Of a stretch of DNA of 64,000 nucleotides, positions 37,181 to 50,190 are shown piece after piece. Under the pieces are notes generated by a model. It did no database searches. It was not told the origin of the DNA and worked only from the letters and a program-made list of their open reading frames with translations. Origin of the DNA: Epiperipatus broadwayi (lineage: Eukaryota > Animalia > Onychophora); the NCBI GenBank assembly GCA_028023455.1, contig JAQFVV010000004.1, forward strand, positions 12,462,001 to 12,526,000. The letters run 5' to 3'. A program made the position numbers and the translations under genes. The stretch's first letter is position 1. Each line of letters begins with the position of its first letter.

Positions 37181-39283
37181 GTATTGAATGAAAATGTTGG
37201 ATCAACAAATTAGAGAGACTTTGTCAATTAAACAAAACTTCATAATATTTATTTACAAAAACAAAATATATAAAAACATAGAACAAATTGTCAATCAATG
37301 TGAATAAAAAAATTCAAAAAATTATGTACATGTGAAAGAGAATTATTTGGATATATTCCTCCTATACTTTAAGGTCTATGATGAGTATCTATCATATTGT
37401 TACTTAAGCAATTCAAAATTACTTATCCCCTATTTCCCATGATAGATACACATAATATAGACATTTATATATCCAAAAGTAATGAAAATTTTATTAGATA
37501 AAAATGAGATTGCTAACTAACTTATTTAGAACTTTAATTGCAACTCCAGATACAGTATGCAATTCTAGGTATGGAAGTTGGTTGAACTAAAATAATCACC
37601 TTCCATATATATATATATCATGAAAGAAATACAATAAAGAAACAATATATAATATGATAGCAAAGTAAATAGTAAAGAATATTAAGTCAAAGGATTAGTC
37701 ATTTATTCATTGAAAATAACTAAGGAAAACTATTAATAAAACAGATAACAAATAATATAAATGATCATGTGATAGTGTGGCATTGGTTATTTTAGTTAAT
37801 TTAAAAGAGAAAGACTCTTACCATTTAAGTACTCAGTTTAAGCACTCAATTTCATAGCCCAGAACGAAAAAGCCAAGCATCATTTAAGTACCTAAAATTT
37901 TATTAAAAAAAAGTCTTTTCAACCTTCCCTCCCTGATATCTTCACATTTTCTTATGTTGGACTGTTCCAAACTGTTAAATTAGACCATCATTAGTACTTC
38001 CGAAATATAAGATAGAGATAATAAAAAATAAAAAAATAAGACATATCTATACAAAAGAAAAAATCATAATATTTATGACATTTCATGAATCGATAAGATG
38101 ATCAGGCACAATTCTTCATCAGAGTCCTTCTTACATAATAATTCTTACAATTTATGCATTTTTCTCATTATAAATATCGATGACTCCTTATTGATTCTAA
38201 TAGCACATTCTGAACATATCTATATTGGCAGTGGGTGGTTTTGTTTTATTCCTCATGTAGATTTCCATCATGCATGAATCCAGCTTATCAGGCACTTCAA
38301 TGTAGACAGATATATATTAATTTCACATGGCCATAGTGGGCAAATGCTCCACCTGATGACAATCATTCTAGCCAAAATATATCATATTCTGTAATATATA
38401 TCCAGGTTTATATATATTTGCGGTTCACATTTAATATATATATAGAATACAGTTATTTATTATTTGCAATATTGGCTGTATAACATATTCCTGTCATTAA
38501 AATTTTAACTGAATAAACTGTTCTAATTTCTTTTTTAGTTTTTTTAAAAAAATTACAATACTTTTTTTTAAAATTTTTAAGTTATTTGAAACTTATCTGA
38601 TCATTCAGCTTGTATGAAAATCTTTTGGTTGCTTCCTTAACTTTTTTTAAATGGTAAATAAATAAAAAATTAGCATTTGTAGAGAAGCTAATCCAAAAAA
38701 TGTCCATTTTGTAGAAAAATGTTATTAAAATAACTGCTTCAACAAAGTTGACTTTCCATGTCAGATGCACAGTTTTAAAGACCAAGGAGTCATAATTGTT
38801 TTTTGTTTTTATACCCATGTCATTTCCATTGTTTATTCGCAGAGCATGCCTATTGTTGCATTATATAAATATTGTGATTACCAATTCATTTAAAAAATAA
38901 ATAAATAAATAATAATATTACTAATATTATCATCCCCTTCTTATATTCGGTTACTTAGTACAATACTTGACCTCTTGTCCACTGCTATGACTGTTTTTTT
39001 ATCTTTCAAGAAATTGTTTACATTTATAAAAGACGTACAAGATCTTCAACACAATATAACTGTTAATATATATATACAAGTTTGTATGAATTTTCCCAAT
39101 GTTTATATTTTTTATTAAATACTAGAATTAATTTTATTACTAATATATATGTGTGATTTTATTGTAAACAACCTATCATTCCTACTATTTAATATACAAT
39201 TAGTACACTGTCATAACTATTTATACATTTATATTTTTTAAAAGTGTTCTAGCAAAACTTATTATTTACTTTATATTTACATT

Positions 39284-41429
39284 GATATTTGTAAAGTATT
39301 CACTGTACAGCCTGTGGTGGCACTGTTTCTGTGTAAAAACATTGTGATATAACATTACCGGGCCTTTTTTTATATTTATAAATACGTGTTTTTTTGTGGG
39401 TGGTTTTGATTTTTTTTTAATAACAAATAAAACATCAGTATTGTTTTTTTAAAAAATATGTCAATCGGTATTGTTTTTAAAAAAAAATGTCAACCGGTTT
39501 TGTTACATTATGTGGATTTATCTTTTTTAATAATAGTACAAGTTTGTTAAAGATTTTTTTTTTTCATAACAAATAACATGTCGGTATTGTTTTTTAAAAA
39601 AATTATGTCAGAAGTCGGGTTCATTTTTAAAATCTACTTAACGTGCTGTTTATTGATTTAGAAAAAAAAACCTGTTTTTGCTTCTAAACGAAACAAATAT
39701 ATATGTAAAAATAATAAGTATGTAAAAAAAAAAATCAATCAAGAGAGTCAATTATCTTCCAAACAAAGAAGCGTTCTGTTTATTGATTTAGAATATTTAT
39801 AAGATGTCAAATAAACTCCACCTCAGTCGGCCCAAAGTGCTACCCTTTTGAACACTGTTATTCTGGGTGTTAATTACATGATTTACAGATCAAAATAATC
39901 GCAAACAAAACACAAATTCTTTAAATAAAATAAATTTATTAACCACATATGACTGAACTAAATAAACTATAATCAGTTCTCCTGAATACTGGCCATTTAA
40001 CCAACACTTGATCCAAACATTTTAAAAAGTAATATAACTTGTTAGTGAGTTTGGAGACTAGCCACTTGGGTGGATGGTCATTTCCTTCAAAATGGCTTGA
40101 AAAATGTCGTCTTTGTGAAGACATCTCCAAATGAACTCAGCTAAATAATTTTGGAGGTATTGGCATGCTGTGTCATGGTGTTTCCTATTCTGCCACTTAA
40201 GTAGACCCCAAAATCTCTTGGTGGTCTGAGTGTGAGCTCCTGTTGTGGGGTCCACAAAATTGTAACGATAGTTATCTGTGACATGTGAAAGCCTGCCGCC
40301 TTAAGATCAGTAGTCTTATAACCTTCCAACAGTCCGAGTAGATGGTAGATCCGGACTTGATGTTCTCATGGATGGTGTTGAGAAGGGTGGCTGCTGAGTG
40401 ACAGGGAACAGCAGTTGCAAAACAGTCACCTGTCTCCCGACATATGCCTCCGAAGATCCACTGCTGCGAAAGGATCCTTCCCTGGTTGTTCTTTCGTCAT
40501 GAGAAAAGTGTCTCATCTACCTCCACGATGAATCCAGGTCCGCCTATTTGGCGCCAAGAGCAGGACAACAGGCTCAGAGCACACAGCTCTCTCAAACCAT
40601 TGGTCCAGTGAATTACTACAGGTTTTGACAGCTGCAAGTCATCTCTGGCATACCCAATGCTAGGTTGTTCTCGACTCCATAAATACATGAGCTGCAACAC
40701 TTTCATTAAAACACATTTTGGAGCCCTCAAACCATATATCCTTGCGAATAGACATGGTTCACCTGCAGGCATGCGAGTAGCATACAAACTGCCAAGTCCG
40801 CTGTGTGAGATTCATCGATTTGCCCCATTGGCAGGATGTTTTGGGCTTGCAGAAATGCAACTGCATCACTTTGTCACTTTGGGATGTCACACAAATGTAA
40901 TAACATGGTAGACATTTTGTTATTCTTTTGTTACTCTCATCCGAGTCACGACAGAAATGGTATTTTTTCGCAAACAACTACAATCGTTTGCCAGAGAGCT
41001 TTACATATTTTTTTTTTAAAAAAATAACAAAAATTACCAAAAAAAACAAGTTTTGACAAATATCAATAATATGCTGATAATTACTAGTCCGCAAAAATAT
41101 TTAAGTAGGGAAATACAGAAAATCATAAACATCAACAAATAAACACTTGAAAAACATGACAATGCTCACACTCTCATCTTAAATTCTAGTGACAATACAA
41201 ATTTTGTCAATATGCATAGGAATTAAACCCACAATGAAATAAACAGCAAACTATATGATCATAGTATTGTTAGTAGATGTAGTGTTAGAATGCAGAAGTA
41301 ATTGACCACGTATTATAACCACTATATATGATCACTTGTATATTAGCTGTATGTTCGGCCGCGAAAGCGGTATTATTCTGTGTTTTTACACAGAAACAGC
41401 ACCACCACAGTGAATACTTTACAAATACC
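39284..41429 (-). mobile_element. Merlin DNA transposon (IS1595/ISXO2-like superfamily)
   Basis: TIRs at 39284-39340 and 41380-41429 (left has a 9-bp insertion; right ends ...aaatacc). 8-bp TSD tttacatt/tttacatc at 39276-39283 and 41430-41437. Subterminal ~30-bp repeats at 39430-39610. Confidence 0.92.
39990..40977 (-). pseudogene. Merlin DDE transposase pseudogene
   Basis: IGGPGFIVEVDETLFS*RK..GR..QQWIFGGICRETG, TIYSDCWK.Y, DPTTGAHTQ..KRFWG, YLQNYLAEFIWR; one TGA in the core and several frameshifts. Confidence 0.92.
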
Positions 41430-42324
41430 TTTACATCTTAATTAAAAGACAATCCAATATTTCAAGTGGTTAAGGTTTATGTGGGTGCAATTTTAAGCTA
41501 CCCCCACAATACCTTATTCACTAGTGATCAGCTATATTTGGCAATCTGTACAGCTCTGAACTAATTCATAACTATGTTCGAAGACCCCATGGCTAATAGC
41601 AAAATGAATGACATTATTTATTCCTATATATATATATAGTGACCTTTAGCTTTTTTGGAAGTTAAATGTCAGGGCATAAAATGTCAAAAAAATATTATAG
41701 CTAAATATTATAATAAATAGATTTTTGTTAGTACCTTACAATGCTATGATTTGGCATATAAAAAGTTAATATATCAGTACATTTGTAAATTTATGCTTGA
41801 CTTATAATATTTTTAGTCTTAAATAATAACTACTTCAGGAAACAATAATATAAATATTGAACCTAGGAGAAGGAACTGTTAAATAAAATAATATTTATGC
41901 TCAATAAACAACAAAAAAGGGAAATATATATATAATTTGTAAAATGTAGTTGATCAATCATAACTTAATTAACCAAAGCATACAAAAGCTCCTAACTTAA
42001 GACTCAATTAGGTTCATTTAATTATATGTTAGTACATAGACTAGCACAAGTGCAGACTATTTATAACTATAGAGTTTACATGGGAATTAAGCAGATTTAA
42101 AAGAATTTGCTAACTGATTCCATAAAGTTACTACTTGGTGCTGCAATTCATCAAACTTATTGAACTTGAACAAGATGAACCTTGCTCTCTTTCATATGGT
42201 TACAATACATGTATAATATTTTTATAATAAAGGATTTTATTTACTGTGAATTAAAAAGACAAAAAATAATTGTTTCTTCAACTACATTATGAGATTTTTA
42301 CATTTAACTTACAAAAAAAGTGTG

Positions 42325-42400
42325 GAGTATCCAGAAATTAATTAATTCAATCTCTGGTTATAAAAATTAGTGAGTGAATTAATTAATTTTTTGGACACTT
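42325..42400. repeat. Short imperfect inverted repeat
   Basis: gtatccagaaattaattaattcaatc versus gagtgaattaattaattttttggacac, spacer about 25 bp. Confidence 0.55.
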
Positions 42401-43408
42401 CATGCTTTTATTTCATGGTTGAAGAAACAATTATTTTTTATCTTTTTAATCAACAGTAAAGAAATTTTTGTATTATAAAATATTATATATATGTGTGTGT
42501 GTGTGTGTTTAAGTTCTTATTAGTGGTACAATAAATAAAAGCGTTTATTATAAAATATTTTTTACATATATTATTTTTAATTTTTTAGTATTTAGATATT
42601 TTTTGCAATTATTCCAATTCAAAATGGAAATTAAAACTAACTGCAAGATGTTAAATATTTGAAAAGAGAATCATCCACATTAAAGTTCATTTGCAATATT
42701 GTTATGCTTTTGGAAAAAAATATTTTTTTTCAAAAATCAACTTTTTCAATTAAGCTAAATAAAAGTTCATATATTTTTTTAAAAAGTGAACTTTTACAAT
42801 CAAAACAAATCAAGATTTGTTTTCACTACAATTTTAATGGATTGTTAACACTTTCCAGTTTATGCTTTTTAAAATATATATATATGCCAATGTCTCACAT
42901 GTTACTGAGGTGAGAGCAATATATTTGAAATTCAATCTGTCAGTTCCTTTACAGTAAAGGAATTAGGAGACCAACCTGAAATATTTAATTGTATTAGCAT
43001 AAATTTATTACATATATATATATAATTTGAAGGAAATCCATTTGATACAAGTGCATTAATTTTTTATTTCAATATTTTTCCTAAATAAGTAAGTAAACAA
43101 CTAATTTAAATAAAAGTATTTTTAAAAAAACCAATCACCCTTACAAAAAAAATATTTTCATCAATTGCTTTGGTGCAATGTTAATATTCCAAGACAATGC
43201 AGTGACTTTATTCTTATATTCTTAGATTAAGATATTTATAAAGCATGGACAATTGGCAATATTCCAAGGAAATAAATAAAATAGATTATCCCTGATACAT
43301 ACATCTGATACAGTGATTGACTGAATTTTTATATTATGCAGTGATTGAATGAATAATTTAATGGAAACTTTTTGGTAATTGTGCCTATTCAATATTATAT
43401 ATAAAGCA

Positions 43409-43603
43409 AGGTAAAACTCTCCATACAGTAGTGCCACCCTGTGCCAACCAGAGTAATCAATGGATGCCAGAAGGCTTGTGCATAAAATCCCTATCTAGTG
43501 CCTACTCATCTATTGATTACTCTGGGTGGCACTATTGTATGGAGAGTTTTGCCTTGTTTAATAACAATTATATGCTAGTATAAGAGATGGTGATCATGTG
43601 ATT
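43409..43603 (+). mobile_element. Family B fold-back, truncated before the HHR
   Basis: Antisense arm 43409-43510 joined at catc/catcc microhomology to the sense arm 43511-43603, which ends ggtgatcatgtgat. Confidence 0.88.
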
Positions 43604-44499
43604 ATAGATAAAGTATAGAATTTATATTTCGACTAGAAATAACTTCTAGTTTAATAAACAATTGGCAATAAACATTGATATTTGCTGAAGATTTGTGATG
43701 ATGATATTGTAGATATAATAAGTTGGACTATTTCTATCACCTATCTTTAAACGTTATGTTTAGACAATTTTAAACTTTATTTAAACTTTTCCAAATACAA
43801 AGAACTGTTAAGTAAGTAATAACACACAAGTTCGTAGATAACATATGTTAGTAGATTGTACAACGTTTCAAATGATATTATTATCCACTCGTCTTCAGAT
43901 GTAGCATACATACTTTTATCAACTGTTAAAAGTATATATGCACACATAAAAGTATATATGCACATATATTGTTAATATTCCTTGACATGTGTTATTATTC
44001 TATATCTTAAATATACCCTCACAATAAATAATATTTATGCTTGAAAATATTATGTGTGTGCATGTGTTAGATTGTGGTTTAGTAAATAAATTATTATATA
44101 TATATATTAACACCACTTCCTCTTATTTTTTTAACAGCAACATAAATTTTAAATAACTACTGTAATATCATTTGAGACATTAAGATCCTGTTATTTCTGA
44201 AAGGATTTAGTAAAGCAATCTGCTGTGGACATATATATATAAGTAACCCTTCGTGAATTCAAAAGCTGATAGTACAAATAAAGAAAGTTCTCAACTGTCA
44301 AACTCACTAAAAAAAAAAGCCGTTTTTAAAATTGAAAAAGCTTTGAGTAAACATACAACTAACTATACATATATCATTGAAATATTCAAAAGAAAATCAA
44401 GATTATTATAAATATATATAACACAAAAAACATTTGCAATTAGATAAGAGTTCTATAGTTTAACTACAGACAAAAATAAATCACTATAATAAGTTAGTT

Positions 44500-45300
44500 A
44501 CTACAAAATGAATGATTTAACTGATAATGAAAAAAACATATAAACTTCAGAAAATTAATGTGAATAAAATATTATATCGAAGTGATAGAAAGTATACAAA
44601 TGAGACAAGATGTGAACATACTATGATTGGTATTAATAAATGCATAAAACATATAGATATATTAATTAATGAGTATAATATCATGTTGGATTGAAATAAC
44701 ATTAAAAGATAAAAAGAAAATATTAGCAGGTACAATATATTTATGACTTAAGATGAAAAGTTTCTAATAAATTATAAATACATTTTAGCTGATAATTTTA
44801 TTGTAGCTTATTATTATTTACATAATATCAAGGATGTTGGTAATGATGTTGTACTTTATAGAATTAAAATCATTGCTGATTTGATTAAATTTATATAGTA
44901 GAATAGTGTTGTCAATTTCAAAGAAGCATTAGATCTTGCTTTCAATACTATTGATAATTTAAAATGAAGTTACTAAAACTTCTGATCTATATCACCCATT
45001 AGGGACTATGATAGACGGAACTTATGGTATCACATATTTTTATTAGAACTAATATTGGATATTATAATTATTACATGAAGCCTTAATTTATATAGAAGTT
45101 GATCCAAATATGATGGTTAATAAATTTATAAAGATTTTCCAAACTTTTTGAATAATATATTCCATTATGGTCTCAGAGTAATGATAATAAATATCCTAAA
45201 TGGTACTCTAAAGAATTAGGTAGAGGTTTGAACAAAAATCATAAATTATCATACATTATATTGAAATTATATAATCATGTCAGATGATTATATTCAATAA
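44500..45300 (+). pseudogene. Heavily decayed LINE remnant (APE endonuclease and linker)
   Basis: LYRSDRK.......IGINKCIKH...EITLKDKKKILAGTIY and PKWYSKEL motifs. Confidence 0.45.
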
Positions 45301-45461
45301 TCAGTTCATAAGAGCCAAAGAAAAGAGTGTAGGGCATTCACTCTACAAAAACAAACTAGACAAAGCAAAGGAAAATTAATGTTATTTAAATACAATAGTA
45401 AAACCATATACTTTCATAATACTAACAAATAGGCATGTATTTTGTTATATAAGTATATATA

Positions 45462-45690
45462 TATTATATAATGAGCATGCTAATAGCTCTTAACATGCTT
45501 TTCTGAATATTCCTATCCTCAGATCAGTTTCTAGCTCTGGCTGTCATCAGTGAGGCACTAGAAACCAGTCTGAGGATAGAAATATTCAGAAAAGCTTGTT
45601 AAGAGCTATTAACATGCTCATTATATAATATTTGTAGTACAAGCTTATTAAATTAAATCACATGATATATGACTTGATTTTCTTTTAATA
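45462..45690 (+). mobile_element. Family C hammerhead fold-back
   Basis: Antisense arm 45462-45557 includes an HHR on the minus strand at 45517-45555 (cctca CTGATGA c-agc(caga)gct-a GAAA ctga TC tgagg). It joins the sense arm at a ctag microhomology; the tail is only on the sense side. Confidence 0.88.
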
Positions 45691-46399
45691 CATGTATGCA
45701 TATGTATAATATTTGCTATTTATTCACAAAAGTAATGATATATATATATATATTGAAGGATTCTTAAAATATTGTATAAGATCATTTTAGTTATTTAAAA
45801 AATAAGTAGTTGTAATACTGCCACTGCTTCTGTTTGTCAAATGTTCCCAGCATATTTTAGATTAAACTTTGAATAATTACAGAGATAAATCATGGTCATT
45901 CATAGTAAAAGTGGCAGCCATCTTTATATTTCATATATTCCCAATAGTACCCAAATAAAATCTTAAATTACAATCACCTTCACACCTGATCTTATGTAAA
46001 ATGCTTGGAATGAATTTTAGAGATATCTTTGCTGATAAGACTAAAATATAATTATATTTTTCAATAATTTTCTCTTCACGATTCATAATGCCCTTAGAAA
46101 AAACAATTATTATTAAAGCCAACTTTTATTTTATTAAAAACCTTCCAACTTTTTAAAGAACTCATTGAATTCATGATGTACATATAAATATTGGAATAAC
46201 AGAACAAGATGAGTTAAAAGACTAAAATAAATTCTATTTTTTTGTTTTTTCAATTCAACAAAACGTATGTGTATATATATATGCAATTCAAACTGAATAA
46301 ACTATTTCACAATTTTTTCTCTGTGAGTCACAAGGGTAAAAATATCTACAAATCTAATTTATATACATACGTATAGCTATGTGCCATATACAGAAAAAA

Positions 46400-48640
46400 A
46401 AATTGATAATAACAGTATTGTTCAACTGAGTGCTCTTTATGAATTGTGTACCATACTCATGATGAAGTAGCTAAACTGACCAGTTAATATTCCAGTGCAT
46501 GCTCAGTGGGATATTAAAATTTTTTTGATTGACAATGTTATTAGATTTGGCAATGTACAAGGCCTCTTTTATTTTCCCATCTTATCATTAGGCTTGTTGC
46601 AGATGGCATTAATTATTTTAGGATAATATTCATGTTCAACACTTTTCTTATAATTGAAATAACTGGAATTAATTTGATAAACAGAGCAAAACTCTCCATG
46701 TGATGCTTAATGGAATTAATTTGATTTGTCCACATTAGACTTTTTATACTGTAAATGTGTCGATATATTTGCCTTCATCTCACTGTATTAAGAGGTATTA
46801 CAACCAGGATCTTGATAAGTGATCGAATTATTTATCATCTTGTTATAACCCATCTTTTGAATTGTTTATCAGTCTGTTTAGGCATAGGGTAGATTTAAAT
46901 CTGTTGTACCGCACACTTATTGAGTCATTAACATATTTCTCAATATTCCTCTTCCTATCTGCCTCAAATTTATCCGAATATAAATTATGATAAAAAAACA
47001 TTTAAATCCTATTAATTTTTATTTTAGAGAAATATTTGATGAAGAGTGTATAATGTCTTAACTTAAATAGTTTAATAACCATTTTATATGTAAATTCATT
47101 GTGATCTCTATATATTTTCATCTAAATATTTAAAATTTTGATTAATCTCAAATTCCATAGTCCATATCAAACCTAAACAATTATTTAAATTCTTAAAAAT
47201 ATTCTCAATCATCCATTTTGGACTATATACAAACAAACCATCCACATATCTTCTGTATAAAATATCACAATTTATATCAATTAATGGTAATATAATATGA
47301 TCTTCAATCTCTAAAACATAAAAACTGCATATAATGCTGCTCACTGCCAATCTTTTGGCTATAGCTCTTTTCCATTTGGTAAAAGCTCTTTACATACCTT
47401 GAAGAAATATTTCCAATGATCCATTCTAATACTTCCAATAATAAATTTGGCTATGTATAAATCTATGTCACATTGCAACAAGAGCTTCTTAATTAGACAG
47501 TCCACTGATCCAGATAATTTGCACACATCCAGTGAAGCCATACAATAATTATTGACAGACTTAACAGATTTCAATGATTGCTCAAATTCAAATGTAGATT
47601 TAATCGTAAATCGACCAAAGTCTATCAATTCATGTAACAATTTTGCAAACAATTGACGCATGTTATAATAATAGCAACTTCCAAAATTGACCATCAGCCT
47701 CAGAGAAACATTCTCTTTATGCATTTTAAGATTTGTAAACAATTGTGGAATAATTGCTGCAGACAGATAAATCTTCAGATATTCCTTTCTATTAAATATT
47801 TTTTCAATATCCGGATGTAAAACACTGATTGTAAACTTATCCTTCATTAATTTTCAATTATAATTGTCAATTGTTTTGAATTTCAATTTATTGATTTATT
47901 GATTCATTTTCACATTAAATATGTCTTTGTCAATTAAAAAAAACCTATTGTTTTTGTTTTCTTTCATACATATAATGTTTTTCTCTTGCAACATTGATTT
48001 GAAATTGTTAAATGTTTGATTCCAAAGATTCCACACACTTAAATATTATTTACCCTTTAACACTGGAGCTATTTGCTTGATTATATCTTCTTTTTTCTCA
48101 GAAAATTCATATGCTGTCTCAATATCTGCAATAAACTTCATGTTTGGATTTCTCCAGTCTCCTCTAAAAAATTTTGGTTCATATTATAACAAGCCTTTGA
48201 ATTCTGTTAACATTTTTGCATTTGAAAAATTAATGTAATTATATTGTGTTTCTCTATAGGCCAACATACTTTGCTTCTCTGTTAAAAACTTAAATTTGTT
48301 ACCAAACTTGCATTGCAAACATTTTTTTAATCCTTACACTGGTTTATAATATTTTTTGATACTGCATAAAATGTCATCAATCTTCTTTTCTTAACTATAC
48401 TTAAATATAATTTCTTCTGACATCTTCTGACAACAAACTTTAATAATATCATTTGCAACAGAATCATGGTTCTCATCCTCATATAAATAGATGGATTAAT
48501 GAAGACACCGCAGTAGTTTGGAAAGATGTTATAGTAAATGCACGTTTTTAGATTTTCAAATGTTCTCCTAATTTAACAATTTCTTTATGTAACTTTAATT
48601 CTTTCACATACTTCCAGCCATAATCATAATTCTTATTTAT
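46400..48640 (-). mobile_element. Penelope-like element remnant PLE4, nearly complete ORF decayed
   Basis: FLIDKDIFNVKM, IIPQLFTNLKMHKENVSLRLMVNF, MASLDV, LYRRYVDG, WTMEFE..QNFKYLD, GCNTS.YSE (GIY-YIG), EALYIAKSNNIVNQ. Confidence 0.9.
46664..46725 (+). mobile_element. Minimal 32-bp family B two-ended insertion with a 15-bp TSD inside PLE4
   Basis: tggaattaatttgat at 46664-46678 and 46711-46725 flanks aaacagagcaaaactctc + catgtgatgcttaa. Paralog PLE5 has a single atggaattgatttga at about 48977. Confidence 0.8.
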
Positions 48641-48719
48641 ACAATAAAGTAGTAAATAAATAAATAAATAACTCTATCTACAGTGCAAATTATATACATG
48701 CATACATCTATGAGTCATT

Positions 48720-50190
48720 TGGAGAAGAAAAATTTGATAATAATATTTAGTTGAACAAGCTTTCAACACTGTGTACCAGACACATGGCAAACTAACTAAA
48801 CCAATCAGTTAGTATTCCAGTACATTATCAGTAAAACACTAGTAGTTCTTTGAATGATAATGTTATTAGATTTGGCAATAAAACAGGTCTCTTTGAATCT
48901 TCCTAAGCTCATTGCAGAAAGCATTAATTATTTGAGAATAAAATTTATATTTAGCATTTTTCTCATGATTAAATAAAATGGAATTGATTTGAGAATGTAC
49001 TTTAGACTTTTTATATTGGTACATGTGTTTTCATACCAACCTTTGTGTCACTATAACAACTGGCATTACAATTATATCCTTGGAAAATGATTGATTTATA
49101 CAATTTCATACTTATCATCTTGTTCAACCTATCTTTTGAATTGTTAATCAGTCAGTTTAGATATAAGAGTGATACAAATCTGACATTAACATTTTTATGA
49201 ATTACTTCTTTTAAACTCACACCTAAATTTGGAACACAAACCAAGGAAACCCATTCTTTATCCACCTTAATTGCCTACATATTTCTACTGTACTCCATAC
49301 ATACTAAGTAATTAATTTATTTCTTAATATTCTTCTCCCCATCTGCCTCTAAGTTACACAAATATAAATTATTGTGGTGTGGAAAACATTTAAAACCTAT
49401 TAATTTATGCTTTAGAGAGATATATGACAAAGAGTGTATAAAGCTTCTTACATTTAACAGCTGGATAACTATTTTGTATACGAACTCATTATGATTTCTA
49501 TATATTTACATCTACACCAATTACTTAACTGTTAAACATATCCCCAATCACCTTTCATGGATATATATGAAAATGTCTGTATAAAATATTACAATTTATA
49601 TCTATTAATGGCTGTATAATATGATCTTCAATCTGTTAAACGTATAAACTCCAGATGACTCCACACACTGAAAACCCCACTGGCCAACTCTTTTCCATTT
49701 GGTAATAGCCCTTTACATATATTGAAGTAATATCCCCATTGATCCATTGTTACACTTCAATACAAATTTGGCTATATATACTTTTACACCATATTATAAC
49801 AAGAGCTTCTTAATTATACTTATGGATTGCAGCTATATAATTTGCACACCTATAGTGAAGCCATACAATAATTATTGGCAGTCTTAGCAGACTTCAATGC
49901 CTGTATGAATTTGAATGTAGATTTAATTGTAAATCAATCAAAACCTATCAACTTACGTAACTATTTTGCAAATACCTGATACACTTTATAATAATAGCAG
50001 CCTCCAAAATTGGTCATCAGTCTCAGAGAATTTATGCATTTTAACATTGATGAGTAGATGCAAAATAATTGCTGAAGATGGATAAATATTCAGATATTCT
50101 TTTCTAGTAAATATTTTTCCAATATATGAGCATAAAACACTGATAGTAAACTTTTTCTTCATTAATTTTAAATTATAACTGTTGATTCTT
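48720..50190 (-). mobile_element. Penelope-like element remnant PLE5, same lineage as PLE4, directly upstream of it and 5'-truncated
   Basis: Colinear with 46430-47850: KEYLNIYPSSAII, MASL.V, GVSGVIWS, GIY-YIG remnant. Confidence 0.88.

Noticed and set aside
38060-38125. CTGATGA...GAAA-tg-TC on the minus strand
   Set aside because: No stem I complementarity; single copy.
43398-43615. TSD tatataaagca / tagataaagta around the 43409 fold-back
   Set aside because: Only 9/11 identity in AT-rich sequence and it overlaps the expected arm start; not counted. No reliable TSD was found for the family C, family D, 27812 or 29074 fold-backs either.
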